Below, one piece after another: positions 8,774 to 14,749 of a DNA stretch of 20,219 bases. A program made the translations under genes and the position numbers. The stretch spans positions 1-20,219 of the forward strand of contig JBBRUX010000059.1 in the NCBI GenBank assembly GCA_038247415.1. The letters run 5' to 3'. Origin of the DNA: Chitinivibrionales bacterium (lineage in GTDB: Bacteria; Fibrobacterota; Chitinivibrionia; Chitinivibrionales; WJKA01). The stretch's first letter is position 1; the number at the start of each line of letters is the position of its first letter. The notes under the pieces were generated by a model, which was not told the origin of the DNA, did no database searches, and saw only the letters and a program-made list of their open reading frames with translations.

Positions 8774-9109
8774 TTAAGAAGGTTGCTTAAGTGCTTTGGC
8801 TTTGTTCATTTCAAAATGCAAAATAGGATCGCATTTCCCAGGAAATTTTACGGTGACTTTGTCGGTGCAACCAGCAGCGCTTAATTTATCGCAGGAGAGG
8901 CATACGCTGTTATACCATTCATCGGATATCCCTGCCGATTTGTTGCCGGCTTTTCCTGGGGTTGCTCCAAGATTTTCGAGCTTCAACATTATATCTTGTG
9001 CAAGATCTGCAAGCTGTTGGGTTTTTGCAGGCGGAAGTTGCCGTGAAACGAGCTGGACATAGACCTGCAAGGCTTCGCCAATCATGGCTTTTTCTTCGGG
9101 TGAAAGCAT
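8774..9109 (-). CDS. Hypothetical protein with C-terminal CxxC-x7-C-x11-C motif
   Basis: 111 aa ORF with GGAG RBS, co-oriented with xseB and filling the gap; helical N-terminal half; CLSC...GC...KC. Confidence 0.75.
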   Translation of the reverse strand: MLSPEEKAMIGEALQVYVQLVSRQLPPAKTQQLADLAQDIMLKLENLGATPGKAGNKSAGISDEWYNSVCLSCDKLSAAGCTDKVTVKFPGKCDPILHFEMNKAKALKQPS

Positions 9110-9215
9110 CTGGGTACTCCGTTAAGAATAGTGGTTGTGAATGCTAGGATAAGCTTTTCTTATTTGAAACAAGAAAAAATAATATATATTTCAAGCGGCC
9201 TCATAAGGAGTTTAT

Positions 9216-9692
9216 GTGAAAAGTGTGATATTTGTTTGTGCTGGAAATCAGTGCCGCAGTCCAATGGCAGAAGGAATTTTGCGTGTGAGATGGCATGCAC
9301 TCGGGCGTACAGACCTTTTTGTGTCCTCTACGGGTATTCATGCCCACGAAGATCAGCCAGCAACGTCGCACGCGGTACGAGTGTGCGAAGACCATGGTAT
9401 CGACATTTCCCGCCATCGTTCGCATCCGGTTAAGCCTCGCGAGATTAGCGCTTCCGAATTAGTTCTGGCAATGGAATGTGTTCAAATCGAATTCTTAACG
9501 CTCTTTTTTCCGGCCCTTACCGAAAAAATTCATCTTTTAGGCTCTTGGCCGCTACCCGATTCTAACAAGTCCAATATCTCAGATCCTGTGGGCGGATCAT
9601 TTAACGATTATGTAAAAACCTACAAGCTTATTTCCTCTCATATCGATCGAATAATTCCTTCACTGATTGAGATGCTTGATAAAAAAGAATAA
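9216..9692 (+). CDS. Low-molecular-weight protein tyrosine/arginine phosphatase
   Basis: VIFVCAGNQCRSPMAEG P-loop (CX5R), SSTG, GIDISRHRS, general-acid loop ISDPVGG; TAAGGAG RBS before the GTG start. Confidence 0.93.
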   Translation: MKSVIFVCAGNQCRSPMAEGILRVRWHALGRTDLFVSSTGIHAHEDQPATSHAVRVCEDHGIDISRHRSHPVKPREISASELVLAMECVQIEFLTLFFPALTEKIHLLGSWPLPDSNKSNISDPVGGSFNDYVKTYKLISSHIDRIIPSLIEMLDKKE

Positions 9693-9891
9693 TTGACTAT
9701 TGCTGATAGTTTAAGAATTTAGCAAGCACAATGCAGCAATCCGACGAATTCTAGGCAAGTATGTTTTAGGATGGATGGAAGACCGTTCGATTTTAGGCGT
9801 GCTCTCTCATACGCATCACATAAATCATATAAATCACGGTTCCGACAATGATTGAAAATCTATGGGGCCGTAAAAATAAAACTAGAATGCT

Positions 9892-9909
9892 TATCGCAAT
9901 ATTGGTATA
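9892..9909. promoter_or_regulatory. Imperfect palindrome, probable toxin-antitoxin autorepression operator overlapping the promoter
   Basis: TATCGCAATATTGGTATA is self-complementary at 14/18 positions, ends 8 bp upstream of the toxin ATG (9918) and overlaps a TG-G-TATATT -10-like element. Confidence 0.55.
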
Positions 9910-9917
9910 TTTTAGGT

Positions 9918-10151
9918 ATGCATTATGAAGTGAAGGTACTACCTCAGGCGTATGAATTTATCTGCAATCTGAACCCAAAAATGAGGGTGAAGGTGGCAAC
10001 CGATATGTGCAGGCTTTTTTACTTCCATCATAAGGAAACTCTTTACGTATGCACATCGGGGTATGTTAAGAAAACCGATAAGACGGACCGCCAGGAAATA
10101 CAGCGTGCTTTGAGACTTAGGAACGATATTTTGCAGGAGTATGGCTTATGA
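9918..10151 (+). pseudogene. Gp49-like/HigB (RelE superfamily) toxin, apparently with an in-frame internal deletion
   Basis: 77 aa. The N-terminal YEVKVLPQAYEFICNLNPKMR joins directly to VKVATDMCRLFYF...TSGYVKKTDKTDRQEIQRA, typical Gp49-like C-terminal motifs. The usual central helix/loop/ELR segment is absent. Overlaps the antitoxin by ATGA. Confidence 0.65.
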
Positions 10152-10453
10152 AAATGAAAATCCATAGAAATGACGAAATGCTTAAAGAAGCGCTCAAGAA
10201 CCCTGAGTTCCGCAAGGAGTACGATGCGCTCGAAGAAGAATTCGAAGTTGCAAAGCAAATCATCAATCTTCGGCTACAAAATGGATTGACTCAGAAGGAA
10301 CTTGCCGATAGGGTGAACACTTCACAATCGTGCATCGCGCGTCTTGAGTCTGGAACCTACCAAAACATGAGCTTGTCGTTTTTACGACGCGTAGGCGAAG
10401 TCCTGGGAGTTCAACCTCATGTCAAGTTTGAAAAGCTAAAGCCAGTGCACTGA
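10148..10453 (+). CDS. XRE/Cro-family HTH antitoxin (HigA-like)
   Basis: LKNPEFRKEYDALEEEFEVA, LRLQNGLTQKELADRVNTSQSCIARLESG, SLSFLRRV; located downstream of the toxin (higBA order). Confidence 0.92.
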   Translation: MKMKIHRNDEMLKEALKNPEFRKEYDALEEEFEVAKQIINLRLQNGLTQKELADRVNTSQSCIARLESGTYQNMSLSFLRRVGEVLGVQPHVKFEKLKPVH

Positions 10454-10684
10454 AAATGGTACTAAACAATCTGATTACGGTTTAGTAAATAGTATGGTGC
10501 TTTAAAAAAATAAGAACTGCATGTAGGCACCCGCAAGGATTGCTTCATTGGTAGATACTATGATGCGATATATATGGACGGAACGCTTACTACCTATTTC
10601 GGCTTGCCACGAAAAAAATTCTAAAAAAGCACTGCATAGTCTCAACTCAAAAAAAATATGAAAACACCGTTTTTGAGGGAAAAC

Positions 10685-11401
10685 TCATTGCAAATGCCAG
10701 CCACCATCAACATACAGAGTTTGCCCGGTTATCCATTTGTGGGAAATTAAATATGTGTAGGCATCTGTCAATGATTGTAGTGCAGACTGCAAGGGGATTG
10801 GGGCGCTTTTTACAAGGGCTTTATGTTCTGCTTCGTGTTCTGATGGTGCTGCAAGAAGGGCGCCTGGTGCAATGGCGTTAACGCGAATGTTTGGTGCATA
10901 GGTAAACGCCAGCTGCTCGAGCAGGTGTGCAAAAAATAATTTTGAAATGCGGTAATTCTGGAATTTTGGATGGGGATGCGATACATGTGCATCGGTCATG
11001 CCGATGATAAATCCTTTTTTGACAATAGAATTAAATGCATCGGCACATCGAAGCGGGGCAAGGGTATTGTTTTCTAAAATCGCTTCGAAGTGCTCGATCG
11101 TTCGCAGATTTCCTAGTGTAAATTCTGATGCATTAAGAATAAGCCCTACCAGATTGCCATGTGTGGATACTGCAGTTTGAACAATTTGAGGCCCGTGAGT
11201 TGTAAGTTCGCCGCATATGAAGGTGACGTGGGCGCACAGTGTAGGATTTTTATCGAGCCACTTTTGCGCATCGGCGTTGGTTGTTCGATAGTGGATAATA
11301 ACATCGTAGCCTTCGGCAATTGAGCATTGTGCAAGCGCTAAACCCAGACGTTGTGCTCCACCGGTTATAAGAATTGCAGGCCTTGGTTTTGAGATTGGCA
11401 T
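10685..11401 (-). CDS. Short-chain dehydrogenase/reductase, pteridine reductase (FolM/PTR1)-like
   Basis: ILITGGAQRLG (Arg typical of pteridine reductases), IIHYR, NASEF, MTD, YRISK (YxxxK), RVNAIAPG, ITGQTLYVDGG. Confidence 0.85.
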   Translation of the reverse strand: MPISKPRPAILITGGAQRLGLALAQCSIAEGYDVIIHYRTTNADAQKWLDKNPTLCAHVTFICGELTTHGPQIVQTAVSTHGNLVGLILNASEFTLGNLRTIEHFEAILENNTLAPLRCADAFNSIVKKGFIIGMTDAHVSHPHPKFQNYRISKLFFAHLLEQLAFTYAPNIRVNAIAPGALLAAPSEHEAEHKALVKSAPIPLQSALQSLTDAYTYLISHKWITGQTLYVDGGWHLQ

Positions 11402-11427
11402 AAAAATAAAAAATTTCTAAGGAGCAG

Positions 11428-11589
11428 TTATTGAAATCCGCCTTTATAGAGCTTTGTTACTTTGACTTCGGTGAGTTCGCATGCGTCACTCACTTTTTTG
11501 TCGAAGCGGATAATCGTGATTGCAATCATGATAAGAAAAGCAATCACAGCAAAGGCAACAAGCCCCATGAGAAACGTTCCAAATTCCAT
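11428..11589 (-). CDS. Small single-pass membrane protein (53 aa), not in the ORF track
   Basis: Hand translation MEFGTFLMGLVAFAVIAFLIMIAITIIRFDKKVSDACELTEVKVTKLYKGGFQ*. AAGGA RBS upstream; fills the gap between tsaD and the SDR on the same strand. Confidence 0.75.
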   Translation of the reverse strand: MEFGTFLMGLVAFAVIAFLIMIAITIIRFDKKVSDACELTEVKVTKLYKGGFQ

Positions 11590-11610
11590 GGTTATATTCC
11601 TTGTGTCAGG

Positions 11611-12594
11611 TTAAATATCGGCATTTGGATCCATTTTGGGAAGACGTTGTTTGTTATTAAGAAAGCACTCATATCCCGCACGGGCAATCATGGCAGCATT
11701 ATCGGTGCAGAGCCGCGGCGAAGGATAATACACTTTCCCAGGGCATGCAGCGCTAAGGGCTTTACGTAATGCCCCATTGCATGCAACGCCACCCACGAGG
11801 GTCATGGTTGTAATTCCTGTTTCTTGCATGGCGGTTTTGCAATTATTGACTAACGCCGATAGTACCGCATGTTGAAAAGCTTTGCAAAGAGCACCACGGT
11901 GCTCTTTGATAAATACAGGATCTTTTCCGTTAAGATAATACCGAACAGCCGTTTTTAAGCCCGAGAAACTAAAATTGAGCGAGCCCGATTTCATTTTTGC
12001 AATGGGGAAAACAATTGCCGGGTCGGAATCTGCAGATTGAGCAGCCTCTTCTATTGCTCTACCTGCGGGATATGCAAATCCGAGCATTTTACCAATTTTA
12101 TCAAAGGCTTCACCTGCAGCATCGTCGACTGTTTTGCCCAAGCATTGGTAGCTGCCATATGCATTCACTTTGTAAATAGCAGTATGTCCACCCGAAACCG
12201 CCAAGGATAGGAATGGATATGAAAGCTCTGGGTACTCTAAAAACGCAGAATAAAGATGTCCTTCGAGATGGTTGATGCCTGTAATGGGAATTCCCCAACC
12301 CACATGGAGCCCTAGTGCAAATCCTACACCAACAAGGAGCGCTCCTGCAAGCCCGGGTGAATCGGTAACCGCTACTAGATTGATATCTGAGAGCGATATG
12401 CCCGCTTCTGCCAGAACCTGTTTGCACAGCGGCTCTATTTTGTCTAGATGTGCGCGGGATGCCACTTCGGGAACCACGCCACCATACAGAGTGTGAACCT
12501 CTTGTGTATAGGTGCGTGATGCAACGATTATGCCATCGGTTAAAAGCGCCACAGATGTTTCGTCACACGAAGTTTCTATGCCAAGAATATTCAC
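11611..12594 (-). CDS. tsaD: tRNA N6-threonylcarbamoyladenosine transferase TsaD
   Basis: ILGIETSCDET, GGVVPEVASRAH, HLEGH, SGGHT, DDAAGEAFDK, FSFSGLKTA, GGVACN, TDNAAMIA. Confidence 0.97.
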   Translation of the reverse strand: MNILGIETSCDETSVALLTDGIIVASRTYTQEVHTLYGGVVPEVASRAHLDKIEPLCKQVLAEAGISLSDINLVAVTDSPGLAGALLVGVGFALGLHVGWGIPITGINHLEGHLYSAFLEYPELSYPFLSLAVSGGHTAIYKVNAYGSYQCLGKTVDDAAGEAFDKIGKMLGFAYPAGRAIEEAAQSADSDPAIVFPIAKMKSGSLNFSFSGLKTAVRYYLNGKDPVFIKEHRGALCKAFQHAVLSALVNNCKTAMQETGITTMTLVGGVACNGALRKALSAACPGKVYYPSPRLCTDNAAMIARAGYECFLNNKQRLPKMDPNADI

Positions 12595-12600
12595 GAAGTA

Positions 12601-13446
12601 TTATTCTTCTATGTAGGGTGCTAAAGATGGATTGCCGCGGAGTATGGCCTTGAGTTCTAGTTGACAATTAACAAATGATAAAGTTCCACCGCGTGTTAAA
12701 ATCTCGGTAACCATATTGGAAATTGCGGGAATTTCTTTGTCGTATAAAAAGAGGATGTTGGCAAAATCAATCTTGACATGAGGCGAAACAAGGGCAGACA
12801 TGGCCTTGCGCACAAGATCGAGTCCCTTTTCCAGGGCGGCATCTTTGCTCGATTGCGAATAGAGAGGAATGATAACCGTTTTGAGTTGCATTCCCATTGC
12901 AGATTCGAGCTGATCGGGATCAACCACGGCCATCACATCGGCATCGCCGGGAATAGAAAGGTTTGGAAGCACCGATGGATCGAAAGGTGGATCGATTGGT
13001 TGCTGCAATTCCTGAGTTTCAACTTTTTTTGCGGAGGGCTCCTCGGCAATAGGGAGCTCTAATGCGATTGCATCAGTGGGGTGCCCTGATGGTTGGGCAA
13101 GCTCTTCTTCGTAATGTGCTGGTGCATGCGAATCACTAATTTCAAAGCCGGTGCCAATGTTGCGAACTACTTGTATCCCGCCATCATCATGACTGCCTGT
13201 GTCTAATCCTTCTGGGGCTTGCGCTGCGGTTGCTTCTGGAAGGACTTCTTTTGTTCCGGTGGCTTTGGCAAGGGCGATTTCCTTGCGCATGCTATCGAAT
13301 TCGATTGATTTTTGTTCGATTTCTCGTTCTGCGTTTTGGATTTTTTGTTGTAGAGCAGTGCTCTGAAAGATATTAACAAGCGCTAGGAGTGCCGCAATGA
13401 GGCTAATGACAACGCCGGCACCAATCGAAAGGGTAAGAAGATCCAT
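12601..13446 (-). CDS. Membrane-anchored hypothetical protein: N-terminal TM, coiled coil, acidic Pro-rich linker, C-terminal degenerate STAS-like domain
   Basis: TM segment LSIGAGVVISLIAALLALVNIF; heptad-like LQQKIQNAEREIEQKS; C-terminal VKIDFANILFL...RGGTLSFVNCQLELKAIL matches the STAS pattern. Confidence 0.75.
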   Translation of the reverse strand: MDLLTLSIGAGVVISLIAALLALVNIFQSTALQQKIQNAEREIEQKSIEFDSMRKEIALAKATGTKEVLPEATAAQAPEGLDTGSHDDGGIQVVRNIGTGFEISDSHAPAHYEEELAQPSGHPTDAIALELPIAEEPSAKKVETQELQQPIDPPFDPSVLPNLSIPGDADVMAVVDPDQLESAMGMQLKTVIIPLYSQSSKDAALEKGLDLVRKAMSALVSPHVKIDFANILFLYDKEIPAISNMVTEILTRGGTLSFVNCQLELKAILRGNPSLAPYIEE

Positions 13447-13566
13447 AGGTAGTTTATGCTAAAAAAGGTTTTTGTATAATATATGGTATTATATCATAAC
13501 TACAAAATATTTTATGGAAAAGTTCAAATTCAGGGCATTGGTGCAACACTCGTGAAGGGGTAGGTA

Positions 13567-14472
13567 ATGGCCATTCGGCGATACCGGATACTCATTGTCG
13601 ATGATGATTACTTTGTGTGCACGATGCTTGGTAAAATGCTCAGCAAGGAATCGGATTATGCTATTTCTTTAGCGTCAAGTGGTGAAGAAGCAATTGCCTC
13701 GATCTCAAAAACCCTCCCCGATCTTGTCGTTTCCGATATATCAATGCCGGGTATGGATGGCTTTGAATTGTTCTATAAGCTTTCCCAGCAGTACCCTTCA
13801 ATTAAGCGAGTTCTTATTACAGGATACGATATCGATAGCTATTTCGATATGATCCGCCAACATAATATTGGCAATATTCTCATAAAAAACGCCGATCTCT
13901 CTACACAGTACCTTGGTACATATATTCGTTCCTTGTTGACTGGTGATATTTTTGGCTTAGGGCGTTACTTTGCAAATGATCCTGGGTATTGTTCGCTTAT
14001 CCGAACCTATTCCCAATCTGAGGCTGTGTGCAAAACAATAGCCGATGCATATACTGGAACAGATCAAATGCTCTTTCAAATTTCAGTGAATGAGCTGATT
14101 TCTAATGCCATGTTTCATGGTGCTCTCAAATTGACCAATACGCCTCGGGAACTCTGGAATGATGATTTTGAAATCCCGCAGGATCAGGCAGTGCGCGTCT
14201 GCTGGATCCTTGATGATGAAAAATTAGGTGTTGCCGTAACCGATCTGAGTGGCGCACTTCATAAAGAAGATGTGCTAAAATGGCTGGATCATCCTATTGG
14301 CGATAACGACCCCGATGGCGAACATGGTCGCGGCTTTATGCTTGTTCGTCGATTTATCGACAGATTTATTGTTAATATCGATCCCGGAAAAAAAACAGAA
14401 TGTATCCTCATGCAATATTTCGATCGCGAGAGAACCCCCCAAAAAAAGCCGCTCCTAATTCATGAACTCTAG
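13567..14472 (+). CDS. Response regulator receiver domain fused to an RsbW/SpoIIAB-like GHKL ATPase (anti-sigma/Ser kinase) domain
   Basis: REC: ILIVDDD, PDLVVSDISMPGMDG, ITGY, K. C-terminal N-box ELISNAMFHG, VTDLSG, G2 box HGRGFMLV. No HisKA domain. Confidence 0.85.
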   Translation: MAIRRYRILIVDDDYFVCTMLGKMLSKESDYAISLASSGEEAIASISKTLPDLVVSDISMPGMDGFELFYKLSQQYPSIKRVLITGYDIDSYFDMIRQHNIGNILIKNADLSTQYLGTYIRSLLTGDIFGLGRYFANDPGYCSLIRTYSQSEAVCKTIADAYTGTDQMLFQISVNELISNAMFHGALKLTNTPRELWNDDFEIPQDQAVRVCWILDDEKLGVAVTDLSGALHKEDVLKWLDHPIGDNDPDGEHGRGFMLVRRFIDRFIVNIDPGKKTECILMQYFDRERTPQKKPLLIHEL

Positions 14473-14518
14473 CATTTAGGCTTTTAAGCTCATCAATTTA
14501 ATCTTAATAAGTTAGATA

Positions 14519-14561
14519 TGTGATCCACGTCACACTTTTTTAGTAAAAAAAGTGGTATACT
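14519..14561 (+). promoter_or_regulatory. CRP-family binding site plus extended -10 element (class II activated promoter)
   Basis: TGTGA-TCCACG-TCACA at 14519-14534; TG-G-TATACT at 14553-14561. The box centre falls at -41.5 if the hexamer is -12..-7. Confidence 0.75.
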
Positions 14562-14601
14562 TAAACGATTTGACGATTATTTATCTAACCGCTTAAGTGA
14601 C

Positions 14602-14630
14602 TTGACTTTTTTATGGCGTGCTGGTACGAT
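14602..14630 (+). promoter_or_regulatory. Second putative sigma70 promoter for the giant surface protein gene
   Basis: TTGACT-N17-TACGAT with a TG extension (TG-G-TACGAT). Confidence 0.55.
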
Positions 14631-14749
14631 ATTCTGGATATGATCTATAGTATTCAATTTGGGTCGAGAGCCATATAATTTTTTTATTACGGTTATGATG
14701 AATGTTCGTGGATTTCTTTTGTAAATCCTTTGGATATTCGGAGGTTACC

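Noticed and set aside
9852..9917. Longer toxin start given by the track
   Set aside because: TTG start with no family-like sequence; the region contains the promoter/operator palindrome.
10523..10543. GTAG-GCACCC-GCAA-GGATTGC as a REP element or terminator
   Set aside because: The stem is mismatched, there is a single copy in the window, and there is no U-tract or RAYT transposase.
9693..10684. IS element, prophage or integron around the toxin-antitoxin pair
   Set aside because: No transposase or integrase, terminal inverted repeats, target-site duplication or clear attC structure is visible.
11431..11769. 112-aa + strand ORF
   Set aside because: Shadow ORF antisense to tsaD and the 53-aa membrane peptide; no RBS or recognisable motifs.
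900..12594. A dedicated t6A gene cluster (tsaC + tsaD)
   Set aside because: The genes are about 10 kb apart in separate operons, tsaB and tsaE are absent, and the TsaC-fold protein is YciO-like.
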